DNA of 64,000 nt, taken from contig OZ223300.1 of the NCBI GenBank assembly GCA_965140705.1, positions 1,792,001-1,856,000 on the forward strand. The letters are read 5' to 3'. This document shows, one piece after another, positions 28,101-36,044 of this stretch (the stretch's first letter is position 1; each line of letters begins with the position of its first letter). The stretch is from an uncultured Arcobacter sp. GTDB lineage: Bacteria > Campylobacterota > Campylobacteria > Campylobacterales > Arcobacteraceae. Position numbers and translations under genes: made by a program. Below the pieces are notes generated by a model. That model was not told the DNA's origin. It saw only the letters and a list, made by a program, of their open reading frames with translations, and did no database searches.

Positions 28101-28225
28101 GATGGAGGAAAAATCTCTTTGGGGATATTATTATATGCAAAGATTGATAATATCAATAAAAATAGTAAAAGCAGATGATTTAACATAGGCTTTCTAAGAG
28201 CAAATTCTATTATATATTTAATCAC
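25142..28225 (-). CDS. RND efflux permease, AcrB/AcrD/AcrF family
   Basis: 1027 aa; GMLVDEAIVVGENI and RLRPILLTSITT; 12-TM layout with two large loops. Confidence 0.93.
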   Translation of the reverse strand: MIKYIIEFALRKPMLNHLLLLFLLILSIFAYNNIPKEIFPPSALDAVVINGSYPGASSDLLDKMAVEDIEDELSSIKEAADVTSTIKNGYFSITVKLKKGFKAQNVIGDIKDIITKVKTNFPTDMDEPTVKEKVNAIPLITVVVYGEKTKTQLLEIAKDLKSTFSKMGDLSDISIWGDSDKELLVEFDEKKILAYGLNLQEVLTAVENLSSIFPAGIIKDTSRHYYLSTFNGEKNINNIKNTILKISNQKIYLKDIAKIKYELADVNTISHFNGSRDVSIGINKGETGDAVELVHQIKEKLKEYKKKYPELNFATHTDTSVWIKNRLNTVFSNIFFGLCLLFLALFFFINARIAIVIAIGIPTSFMIGLISAEAMGYSLNMLSLLGALIALGMLVDEAIVVGENIYRHMEMGKDRLQAAIDGSVEVYPAVLTATATTIFAFLPILLMTGEMGKFMKILPIMITILLVSSLFEAFFFLPLHAKQILRVNKEEEKADKIWDWNKKLYKKILSFLLKKKYTSLIIMVLTIVSLTIFIVMSSKFKFLSDFDTTQVYISGSVGVGKKIEQTEAIVKKIEDKILKNYDFANNLQSVSSVIGLKLDGKNQPETEEFYFQIFVNLNERAPQNFFDKYINPYLSPKYDATNMIREKSSQTIEKELQKLLEPEIKSGKFEDLKVFTPKAGIVKNDLELSISGNEKEVRTAVTNIKKALNNIDGVSNVADDFMMGNIELKFKVNAYGQDLGISENYIISSVRPFYFKGTYSKMFDKKGIVDVVFQSKNKDYIKSLNDFEIIVPNTNEKVFLKDVVDIVRKNAYSQIFKENGERIVSVTGSINGKMTSTEVFDKLNPILDKYKSKVSIDIKGEQKENKKVQKEMGEAAVIAIILIFIALVWMFDSVVKSLIILSTIPLSILGVFIGHFVLGLNITMASLIGMVGLAGVIVNDGIIMMDFIKKAKTLDELLELALLRLRPILLTSITTILGLFTLMFFASGQALILQPMAVSLGFGVLWATVLNLYYVPMLYRIVYLRKL

Positions 28226-28476
28226 TTATTATTATCCAAAGTATTTATTAAAAGTGAATCTATAATTTGATTTTTAAATTTCATATCTTCTAATTGTTGT
28301 TGTAAAAATCTATTCTCTTCTTTTAGTGAGATATAATTGGCATATAATTTATTAATATCTTTACTAACATAATAAATATTATTTGCTAAATATATTTTGG
28401 GAAAACATAAAATTAATGACACTACAAGTACTGACAGAACTATTAATAATGAATTTTTTGCATTCAGTTTAATCAA
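28222..28476 (-). CDS. Probable cell division protein FtsL-like
   Basis: One TM helix followed by a coiled coil (LKEENRFLQQQLE), directly downstream of and overlapping rsmH, which is the canonical ftsL position. Confidence 0.65.
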   Translation of the reverse strand: MIKLNAKNSLLIVLSVLVVSLILCFPKIYLANNIYYVSKDINKLYANYISLKEENRFLQQQLEDMKFKNQIIDSLLINTLDNNK

Positions 28477-29371
28477 ATTTAAAAACCCTCAATTTTGAAC
28501 TTCTACTTCTTGGATTGATTTTTATCTCTTCATTTGTTGGAATTATAGGTTTTTTAGTAATAATTTTTCCTAAAGCATTATCATTTCCACAATTACAACG
28601 CATAACATCAGTTGGACAAATGCAATTTTTACTCCACTTTTTAAAGTAATTTTTTACAATCCTATCTTCTAAAGAGTGAAAAGAGATGATTGCTATCAAA
28701 CAATTTTTTGGTTTTAGCTCTTCTATTGAATCAAAAAGTCTTTCTAAAACTCCTAATTCATCATTTACTTCTATTCTAATACCTTGAAAAGGAAGAGTTG
28801 CAGCATGAAGTTTACCTTTGTGCATATTTTTTGCTATAAAAGTTGATAACTCTTTTGCACTAGTAAAGGGTCTATTATTTACGATTATTGAGGCAACTTT
28901 TTTATACTCTTTTACTTCCCCATACTCCTTAAAAACTCTTTCCAACTCACTTTGGGAATAACTGTTTACTACAACAGAGGCATCTAAAGATTGTTCTTGA
29001 TTCATCCTCATATCTAAAGTTTCACTATCAAAACCAAATCCTCTATTCTCTTTATCTAGTTGTAAAGATGAAACTCCAATATCTGCTAATATACCTTTTA
29101 TATCATACTCTTTAAAGTTATTTAAAACAGTTTCAAAATTTCCTTTATTGAAAGTTACCCTATTCAAATATGGCTCTAACCTCTTTTTAGAAAATTCTAA
29201 AGCTTCATTATCTTGATCATTACATATTAACTTCACATTAGAATTTTGTTTTAAAAGCCCTTCTGAATGTCCAGCATATCCTAAAGTACAATCTATTATA
29301 TATCCAGAATCTATATTTTCGAAGACCTCCAATGTCTCTTTATACAATACTGGGATATGAGGGATATTCAT
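28469..29371 (-). CDS. rsmH: 16S rRNA m4C1402 methyltransferase
   Basis: HIPVL, DCTLGYAGHS, DIGVSSLQLD, LDMRM, IISFHSLEDRIVK, NPRSRSSKLR. Confidence 0.97.
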   Translation of the reverse strand: MNIPHIPVLYKETLEVFENIDSGYIIDCTLGYAGHSEGLLKQNSNVKLICNDQDNEALEFSKKRLEPYLNRVTFNKGNFETVLNNFKEYDIKGILADIGVSSLQLDKENRGFGFDSETLDMRMNQEQSLDASVVVNSYSQSELERVFKEYGEVKEYKKVASIIVNNRPFTSAKELSTFIAKNMHKGKLHAATLPFQGIRIEVNDELGVLERLFDSIEELKPKNCLIAIISFHSLEDRIVKNYFKKWSKNCICPTDVMRCNCGNDNALGKIITKKPIIPTNEEIKINPRSRSSKLRVFKFD

Positions 29372-29431
29372 TAAAAGGGTCCTTATAATTTTTTATATAT
29401 AATATCCAAAATAATATTTAAGGCATTTAAA

Positions 29432-30013
29432 ATGATCGATCAAAATCATGTGGACCAGTTAAGTAAACTATCATTGACACTATTTAGGAAAAACTTTTTT
29501 GGAATATATCACGGTTCTATTTCCACAAAATTAGATCATAATACCTTTATGATAAACACATCAGATGCAATTTTTGATGAAATGAGTGAAAAATCATTTT
29601 GTGAATTAAGTATGAATTCTCAAGATTATAGATGGAAACTAGCAAGCATAGAAGCTCATATACATGCAACTATATATAATAATATACATGAAGCCAAATA
29701 TATTGCCTTTGGAGTACCTATATATACAACAGCATATACTTTTGAACATGATGAAATTATATTAGATGATTTTTTTGGAAAAACATCTTTTGACAAAATA
29801 AAAATATTTGACCCAGGTGATTTTTCAACTTGGTATGATAGAAATGCTTTAGAGATAACAAAATACCTAAAAGAGACAAATAATCATGTCATGGTTATAA
29901 AAGGAATTGGTGCTTATGTGTATGATAGAGACATCAATGAGCTAGTAAAAAAAGTTGCAATTCTTGAAAATAGTTGTAGATTATTAAGCATAAAATCAAG
30001 TTTTAGAGCTTGA
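29432..30013 (+). CDS. Class II aldolase/adducin-like protein (metal ligands degenerate)
   Basis: GSIS, ASIEAHIHATIY, then IAFGVP where HxH is expected; VIKGIG. Confidence 0.75.
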   Translation: MIDQNHVDQLSKLSLTLFRKNFFGIYHGSISTKLDHNTFMINTSDAIFDEMSEKSFCELSMNSQDYRWKLASIEAHIHATIYNNIHEAKYIAFGVPIYTTAYTFEHDEIILDDFFGKTSFDKIKIFDPGDFSTWYDRNALEITKYLKETNNHVMVIKGIGAYVYDRDINELVKKVAILENSCRLLSIKSSFRA

Positions 30014-30134
30014 AAAGTCATTTTTTTGTAAATAAACCTCTATTTATGGGAAAATCCGCAATACTTTTAGCTATTTTAAAGTTTAAATAGTATAAAGTTT
30101 TGGTAACTTTAAATCTTAAACAAGGAGTTCTTCA

Positions 30135-30410
30135 ATGAACAAAGCTGAATTTATCGACGCAGTAGCAGCAAAAGCTGGATTATCTAAAAAAGACGCAAAA
30201 TGTGCAGTTGATTCTGTATTAGAAACTATTACTGAGACTTTAGTAAAAAAAGAATCTGTAAGTTTCATAGGATTTGGAACATTCTCTACAGCTTCAAGAG
30301 CTGCTAGAACTGCAAAAGTGCCTGGTACAGATAGAACTGTTGATGTTAAAGCTACTACTGTAGCTAAATTTAAAGTTGGTAAAGCTTTAAAAGAGGCTGT
30401 TGCTAAATAA
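30135..30410 (+). CDS. hup: DNA-binding protein HU
   Basis: MNKAEFIDAVA, IGFGTF, RAARTAKVP, FKVGKALKEAV. Confidence 0.96.
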   Translation: MNKAEFIDAVAAKAGLSKKDAKCAVDSVLETITETLVKKESVSFIGFGTFSTASRAARTAKVPGTDRTVDVKATTVAKFKVGKALKEAVAK

Positions 30411-30430
30411 TTTTTAAATTATTAAACTAC

Positions 30431-30464
30431 AAAAAAGGTAGGTTATTTTAACCTACCTTTTTTT
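30431..30464. terminator. Rho-independent bidirectional terminator after hup
   Basis: AAAAAAGGTAGGTTA-TTT-TAACCTACCTTTTTTT. Confidence 0.85.
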
Positions 30465-30466
30465 AT

Positions 30467-31021
30467 TTAAAAATTTATTTTAGTTTCCACATTTACATAG
30501 TTTTCTCGATAATTAGAGAACTTCGAGTATGACTTTCCGTTATATCTAAAATAATTCTCATAACCTTTCAAAACTCTTTTATTGATTACTCTATCATTAC
30601 AAATATTTCTTCTTTTTGTCTCATAATAATATTCAGTATTATTTCTATTTTGTGAATGATTTGTATTTCTTATTCCATTTGCTAGGGTTGCACCTAAAAG
30701 TCCACCTACAATTTTTGCAGCAACTTTTCCATTCCCTCTTCCTATTTGATTACCTATAATTACACCTGTTGTAGCACCTATTATAGTATCAACTCCTATT
30801 GTATTTTCATTTCTATAAGAAGAACTTCTATTTATAGGTGTTCTAACTTCATACTCTTCATAACAACGTGAATCATGATTAGGAATAACTTCTTGAATAT
30901 TTTCATAAACTGGTTTTGAGTAATTTACTTTTACACGTTCTGTAAATCTATCACCCTGTGCAAAAAGAGATGAAGAAAAAATTGTTAATCCCAAAATTAA
31001 ACATGTACTTTGTTTTTTCAT
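30467..31021 (-). CDS. Secreted glycine-zipper 2TM domain protein (YcfJ-like)
   Basis: Signal peptide; IIGATTGVIIGNQIGRGNGKVAAKIVGGLLGATLAN; paired Cys; GY..YF.YNG tail. Confidence 0.85.
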   Translation of the reverse strand: MKKQSTCLILGLTIFSSSLFAQGDRFTERVKVNYSKPVYENIQEVIPNHDSRCYEEYEVRTPINRSSSYRNENTIGVDTIIGATTGVIIGNQIGRGNGKVAAKIVGGLLGATLANGIRNTNHSQNRNNTEYYYETKRRNICNDRVINKRVLKGYENYFRYNGKSYSKFSNYRENYVNVETKINF

Positions 31022-31062
31022 AATTTGCTCCTTGCTAAATAATAGATTATAAAAATCTATTA

Positions 31063-31368
31063 TTATTTTAATGATGAAATATAACCAGCAACTGCTTCTA
31101 TTTTTTCATCATCGAGTCTAGCAACTTGACCTTTCATAACGCCTTTCATTGCTCCACCGTAAGTTCCTGATTTATAACCTTTTAAAGCACCAACTATTTT
31201 TTGTTTATCCCAACCTTTTATAATTTGTGATTTTCCTAAGGCTGCTTTTTCACCATTTACTCCATGGCAAGATGCGCAAGCTTTAAAAATAGTTTCACCT
31301 TCATTTGCCATAAGTGATGTTAAACTCAAAATTGAACTTAGTACTAAAATTTTTGTTAAAGTTCTCAT
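31063..31368 (-). CDS. Cytochrome c553 (third paralog)
   Basis: Signal peptide, CASCH, GYKSGTYGGAMKGVMKGQV. Confidence 0.93.
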   Translation of the reverse strand: MRTLTKILVLSSILSLTSLMANEGETIFKACASCHGVNGEKAALGKSQIIKGWDKQKIVGALKGYKSGTYGGAMKGVMKGQVARLDDEKIEAVAGYISSLK

Positions 31369-31398
31369 ATTAACTCCTTTAATTGTTTTGATAAAAGA

Positions 31399-31430
31399 AG
31401 TATAAAATATAAAAGTGGATTGATTGTGAA
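31399..31430 (-). promoter_or_regulatory. DccR-like direct repeat TTCAC-N6-TCCAC 10 nt upstream of TATACT
   Basis: Plus strand has GTGGA at 31415-31419 and GTGAA at 31426-31430; AGTATA at 31399-31404. Confidence 0.6.
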
Positions 31431-31440
31431 GTTTAAAGAG

Positions 31441-31773
31441 TTATTTTAATTTTCCAAATACTTTATAGATATCCCAATATTCATCTAAAGCTTTTTTAAG
31501 CTCTTCATCACTTAAGGTACTCTTTTCCTTTATACCAAATCTACGTATAAAAGCATCTGGCATAACTGTTGTATCTTTAGTTGGATTTTTTAGATATTTA
31601 AGCATAGCTGCATTTACAGCCCTTTTAGAACTATATTTAAGTAAATACCTATAAAAATATTTATCAATAGATACAGGGAGCTTATTATGACATGCTACAC
31701 AATTCTTTTCATATACACTTGCAAATAAAAATGAATTAAGAAAAAAAGTCAAGATAACTACTATTTTTACCAT
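31441..31773 (-). CDS. Small monoheme c-type cytochrome-like protein
   Basis: Signal peptide, CVACH, LKNP...VMP (candidate Met axial ligand). Overlaps the kinase stop codon. Confidence 0.8.
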   Translation of the reverse strand: MVKIVVILTFFLNSFLFASVYEKNCVACHNKLPVSIDKYFYRYLLKYSSKRAVNAAMLKYLKNPTKDTTVMPDAFIRRFGIKEKSTLSDEELKKALDEYWDIYKVFGKLK

Positions 31774-32951
31774 GTTAGCTCCATTTGAGTCCCAATACCA
31801 AGTTCTGATTTTATATTTATATTTATATTATACTCTTTTGCTATCATATAAACTATATTTAGCCCTATTCCAAAACCACCAACACTTTTATCAAATCTAG
31901 CATATCTTTCAAACATAGATGATATTTTATCCTTTTTAATACCTTTTCCACTATCTTTTATGATTAGTTTATTATTTTCAAGAATCACTTCTATAGTTCC
32001 ACTTACTTTATTGTATTTTATTGCATTTGATAAGAGATTATCTATTACTTTACTTATCTTTTTCTCATCACAAAAAATTCTTACACCAGAATTTACATTT
32101 TTTATAAAAGATATTTTCTTTACATCAGCCAAAGTTTTAAAATAATCAATTCGATTTAAAACTATTTTTGATAAATCCAAATCTTCATTTTGAGATATAA
32201 TCTTATTATTAAGAGCCAAATAAGTCAAATCTTGATAGATATTTGAAACAGTTTTTGCACCAGTATCGATTCTTTTTAACTTTTTTTGTAATTTTGTATC
32301 TTCTAAATTTGAGATTTCAATCATCTCTATATTTGTAATAATTGCACTTATTGGAGTATTTAACTCATGGGTAGTATCTTTTATAAACCTATCTAAAAGA
32401 TGAAGAGAATCTCGCATAGGTCTTAAAAATAGTTTTAATAGAAAATATCCACAAATAAACATAATGGAAAAACCACAAATCAAGAAAATAGTTACTTTCT
32501 TCCTAACATCTTTTATCCAAGCTTTATCTTCTGGTATCTCAAGAAGTACATATTTAGCCCCTAAATAGTATGACTCAGGTTCTTTTATATAGTGAATATA
32601 GTTATTTGTAGTATAAGTTATCTCATCAAGTTTTACTTTTGGAGAAGCAAGTGTGGAAAAGATAAGATTTCTATCACTATCATAAATAGCAGAATTAAAT
32701 CTTTCATCCCTTGGATAAAATTTATATTTATCAAAATTTATGTGTAAGTCTTTTAATCTTGCAATTAAATCATTTGAATACTCTTGCAAAATCAATCTTT
32801 TATTTTGAAGCATCAAATCTTTTCTAAAATTGTAATATAAAAATGAAATAAACAATAAAATAACAATACAAAGTACACTATATAGTGTCAAAAAGCCCAA
32901 AAGAGTCTTTTTTTCACTCTGTGGTAAATCTATATCCAAGCTTTTTAACAC
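31767..32951 (-). CDS. Sensor histidine kinase, DccS/CrdS-like
   Basis: Two TM segments, FIKDTTHELNTP, NLLSNAIKY, DSGKG, GGFGIGL. Confidence 0.92.
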   Translation of the reverse strand: MLKSLDIDLPQSEKKTLLGFLTLYSVLCIVILLFISFLYYNFRKDLMLQNKRLILQEYSNDLIARLKDLHINFDKYKFYPRDERFNSAIYDSDRNLIFSTLASPKVKLDEITYTTNNYIHYIKEPESYYLGAKYVLLEIPEDKAWIKDVRKKVTIFLICGFSIMFICGYFLLKLFLRPMRDSLHLLDRFIKDTTHELNTPISAIITNIEMIEISNLEDTKLQKKLKRIDTGAKTVSNIYQDLTYLALNNKIISQNEDLDLSKIVLNRIDYFKTLADVKKISFIKNVNSGVRIFCDEKKISKVIDNLLSNAIKYNKVSGTIEVILENNKLIIKDSGKGIKKDKISSMFERYARFDKSVGGFGIGLNIVYMIAKEYNININIKSELGIGTQMELTW

Positions 32952-33585
32952 TTATTATTCTCTCTTTCCCAAATATTTTTCTTAAATTCTTTATATATGT
33001 TCTTAGGGAAAAATCACTGCTCTCTTCCCCATAATCCCAAACATATTCATAAATTTGATCATGGGATAAAATTTGATCTTGATTTTGTAAAAATAGCTTT
33101 AAAAGTTTTGTTTCTTTATTGTTTATTTTTATCTCTTCATTATTTTTAAAAAGTAAATTAGAACTTGTATCAAAAGATATATCATCTATAATATTAACTT
33201 TTGTATCAACATTATGAAAATACCCTCTTTTTAATATAGATTCTACTCTTATTAGTAACTCTTTTAGTTCAAAAGGTTTTCTAATATAATCATCACAACC
33301 TAAATCAAAACCCTTTTCAAATGATTCCATTGAATTTAATGAAGTTATAAATATGGCAGGTGTATTTATATTATCTTTTCTAAGATTCTTTAGAAGTTCA
33401 AAACCACTTAAATTTGGAACATTTACATCCAATAAAAGTAAATCAAACTTTTCTTCATATATTTTTGTATAAGCTTCTTCTCCATCATATATGGAAATTA
33501 CTTTAAAATCATTATCTTCTAAATAATCAACAATAGTCTCATTTAATGTAATATCATCTTCTAGGAGTAAAATTTTTCTTTTCAT
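32914..33585 (-). CDS. OmpR-family response regulator, DccR/CrdR-like
   Basis: LLEDD, LDVNVP, DYIRKPF, LRTYIKNLRK, LGYRF. Confidence 0.93.
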   Translation of the reverse strand: MKRKILLLEDDITLNETIVDYLEDNDFKVISIYDGEEAYTKIYEEKFDLLLLDVNVPNLSGFELLKNLRKDNINTPAIFITSLNSMESFEKGFDLGCDDYIRKPFELKELLIRVESILKRGYFHNVDTKVNIIDDISFDTSSNLLFKNNEEIKINNKETKLLKLFLQNQDQILSHDQIYEYVWDYGEESSDFSLRTYIKNLRKIFGKERIISVKKLGYRFTTE

Positions 33586-33587
33586 AT

Positions 33588-33815
33588 TTATCTTTTTGCT
33601 TTTGCTTTTTGCATATTTATTTTGTATTGTTTTTTCTCTTTTGGACTCATAGTAGAAATTCTAGATTTTAACTCTTTTTCAAATTTAACTCTATTTTCTT
33701 TTTTAACAAAACCAATAATTTCTATTAATTCTTGGGTAGACATTTCAGAATAATCAACAGCAAAAAGTGGTGTCAAAAAAAATAGAAGCACAAATATTGA
33801 TAAGATCTTTTTCAT
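33588..33815 (-). CDS. Small secreted DUF1104-family protein
   Basis: Signal peptide then DYSEMSTQEL...ELKSRISTMSPKE, typical of Campylobacterota DUF1104. Confidence 0.8.
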   Translation of the reverse strand: MKKILSIFVLLFFLTPLFAVDYSEMSTQELIEIIGFVKKENRVKFEKELKSRISTMSPKEKKQYKINMQKAKAKR

Positions 33816-33841
33816 GTTTTTTCTCTTTAAATTTTTAATTT

Positions 33842-33874
33842 ATCATACCATAAATTTTGTGGAAAAATTGTAAA
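33842..33874 (-). promoter_or_regulatory. DccR-like direct repeat TTTAC-N6-TCCAC upstream of extended -10 TGGTATGAT
   Basis: Plus strand has GTGGA at 33859-33863 and GTAAA at 33870-33874; ATCATA at 33842-33847. Confidence 0.5.
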
Positions 33875-34011
33875 ACAATCATCTTTTAGCTTTCTTAACT
33901 TAAGATTAAATTTATATATTTTATCTATTTATCATTATTTAATATATAATAATTAAAGTAATTATTGTATATAATACAACATTTAAATAAAGTTGTAAAA
34001 AAGGCTTAAAT

Positions 34012-34785
34012 ATGATTCAAGTAGGAAAACTTTTTCAAAAAGTTCCATATTATGTTAGAGATTTAGAGTGTGAATATAAAATAATTCATGACATCGAAGA
34101 GATAGTAGATGAATTTCTTTCTAACTATATGATGACAACTGCTGATTTATATAGTGTGTTTTCAAACAATAGAGATTCATCTACAAATTTACACTTAGTA
34201 TTTAATGATGGTGCTATGCCAAAAAGTTCAATTCATCCTGATTTTGAACATGATGTTTTTGATATTACTTTTGAAGAATTGAAAGATTCTAAAAATAAAA
34301 CTACAAAAGTAAACTCACTTATGTTTATAGAAGAGTTTCAAAATAGAAAAGAAGAAGCACTAGCAAAAACCTTTGATGAAATAATGGGTTGTGATGGTGA
34401 AGAGTTATTTATCTCACTGAAACAAGAAAAATTGGATATGTTTAATCCAAGTTCAGCAAACTTTGATCATAGAGTAAATTTAATTACAAAAAAAGAATTA
34501 ATCCTTGAAGTTTGTAAGTTATTTGACATCTCTTCTACTCGTTTATATAAACAATTAAACCCAAATATTGTAAAGCATGTATGTAAAGACTTAAATATAA
34601 CCTATAAAGTCCTAGCAAAAGAGATAGGATATAAACCTGATACTATAAATAAAGCAGCCTCATTAGGAAAAGTCTCAGAACAACTTAACAAAGCTATAAA
34701 TATGTATCTTGAAAACTTACGACTAAAAGAGTTTCTAAAAGACTTTGATGTTATGAAATCTACACTAAAGAAAATTTTAGATTGA
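34012..34785 (+). CDS. Hypothetical protein with C-terminal XRE-like helix-turn-helix
   Basis: C-terminal NIVKHVCKDLNITYKVLAKEIGYKPDTINKAAS.GKVS; N-terminal ~160 aa not recognised. Confidence 0.65.
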   Translation: MIQVGKLFQKVPYYVRDLECEYKIIHDIEEIVDEFLSNYMMTTADLYSVFSNNRDSSTNLHLVFNDGAMPKSSIHPDFEHDVFDITFEELKDSKNKTTKVNSLMFIEEFQNRKEEALAKTFDEIMGCDGEELFISLKQEKLDMFNPSSANFDHRVNLITKKELILEVCKLFDISSTRLYKQLNPNIVKHVCKDLNITYKVLAKEIGYKPDTINKAASLGKVSEQLNKAINMYLENLRLKEFLKDFDVMKSTLKKILD

Positions 34786-34822
34786 TTATATTAGAATCAA
34801 ATCAAAATAAGAAAGAGAATAA

Positions 34823-35113
34823 ATGATAAAAAATATTTTACTTATATGCCTTACAGTAGGCATATTTACTGGCTGTTTTTTTAATGGGGAAAAAAAAGAA
34901 GAGTGGACTTCATATATCTATCCTGATAAAACAAATACAAAAAGAAGCATGATTTCACCTACTAAGTTTCCTACTTTTGCAAGCTGTAGAGACGTATCCT
35001 TAGGCGTTTTAAAAGAAAAAGGCTTAGAGACAAAAGGAACCTTTAAATGTGGTAAAAACTGTTCTTATCACGAAGGTATGAAAGTTGATATTTGCGAAGA
35101 GATGAAACAATAA
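34823..35113 (+). CDS. Small Cys-rich lipoprotein, unknown function
   Basis: Lipobox FTGC, W..YIYPD, and four further Cys (SCR, CGKNC, ICE). Confidence 0.75.
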   Translation: MIKNILLICLTVGIFTGCFFNGEKKEEWTSYIYPDKTNTKRSMISPTKFPTFASCRDVSLGVLKEKGLETKGTFKCGKNCSYHEGMKVDICEEMKQ

Positions 35114-35432
35114 AGGTACAACTATAAGCCGCGTTTTGTATTAGACAATAATTTATCTAGTTGTTAAATTACTTAAACAATCCTGCGAAGAGAAAAACTG
35201 TGAAGTTAAATACCGTCTCTTCTTGCTGCGGGTTGGGTTTACATAGCTGTTAAGATTACTCAAAACACTGGTAAGCTCTTACCTTACCCTTTCACCCTTA
35301 CCATAAATGGCGGTTTACTTTCTGTTGCACTATCCCTTAGGTTTCCCTAGCCATCCTTTAGATGGAACCCTACTTCACTGCAGCCCGGACTTTCCTCTTG
35401 AATTTCTTCAAGCTATTGTCTGTTGTACCTTT
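35112..35432 (-). ncRNA. rnpB: RNase P RNA (type A)
   Basis: The minus strand contains GAGGAAAGTCCGGGCT near the 5' end and ACAAAACGCGGCTTAT near the 3' end. The termini AAAGGTACAAC/GTTGTACCTTT pair as P1. Confidence 0.95.
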
Positions 35433-35459
35433 AAGTTTGGAATTTTAGCTAAAAAATAA

Positions 35460-35987
35460 TTACTTTCTTATTATGTCATAGTTCTCAGGTGGTAAAAATT
35501 TAAATAAATCATCATCTATTTCTACATTTTGTTTTACATTAGAAAAAGTGATAGTAACACTATTTTCAAGGGCATCTTTATATTCAATTTTATTTATTTT
35601 ATTATCTTTTAAAAAAAGATTATATTTTACATCATAAATATCTGCTACATATTTATTTTTTGATACTTCTTTTGCATTTTTTATAAGATTAAAAATATCA
35701 ATTTCATTTTTTAGTTTAGTTAATATAGCTTGTTCTAATTCTGGTTCATCAATAATGGCAAAATCATTTACAATATATACACTTTTTATGATAGGTTTTT
35801 TATATTGCCACAAAATATAGTATGGATCTTTTAAATATAAATGTCCACTATAAAAAATTTCTTTTTTTGATGGATTTATAATTTTTTGTTCAAAATCTGC
35901 ATCAAATGACTTGATATTATTCAAAGGAGATGCTTCCAAAAATACAGATAATAGAAACATTACAACAAAAATCGCTTTATAAAACAT
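35460..35987 (-). CDS. lolA: Outer-membrane lipoprotein chaperone LolA
   Basis: Signal peptide, SFDADFEQ, WQYKKP, DEPELEQA, FKFLPP; divergent from secA as in Campylobacterota. Confidence 0.88.
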   Translation of the reverse strand: MFYKAIFVVMFLLSVFLEASPLNNIKSFDADFEQKIINPSKKEIFYSGHLYLKDPYYILWQYKKPIIKSVYIVNDFAIIDEPELEQAILTKLKNEIDIFNLIKNAKEVSKNKYVADIYDVKYNLFLKDNKINKIEYKDALENSVTITFSNVKQNVEIDDDLFKFLPPENYDIIRK

Positions 35988-36044
35988 AATTTAACCTTCT
36001 TTTTTATATAATCATCGGATTATAACGGAAAAGGACTATATTTT

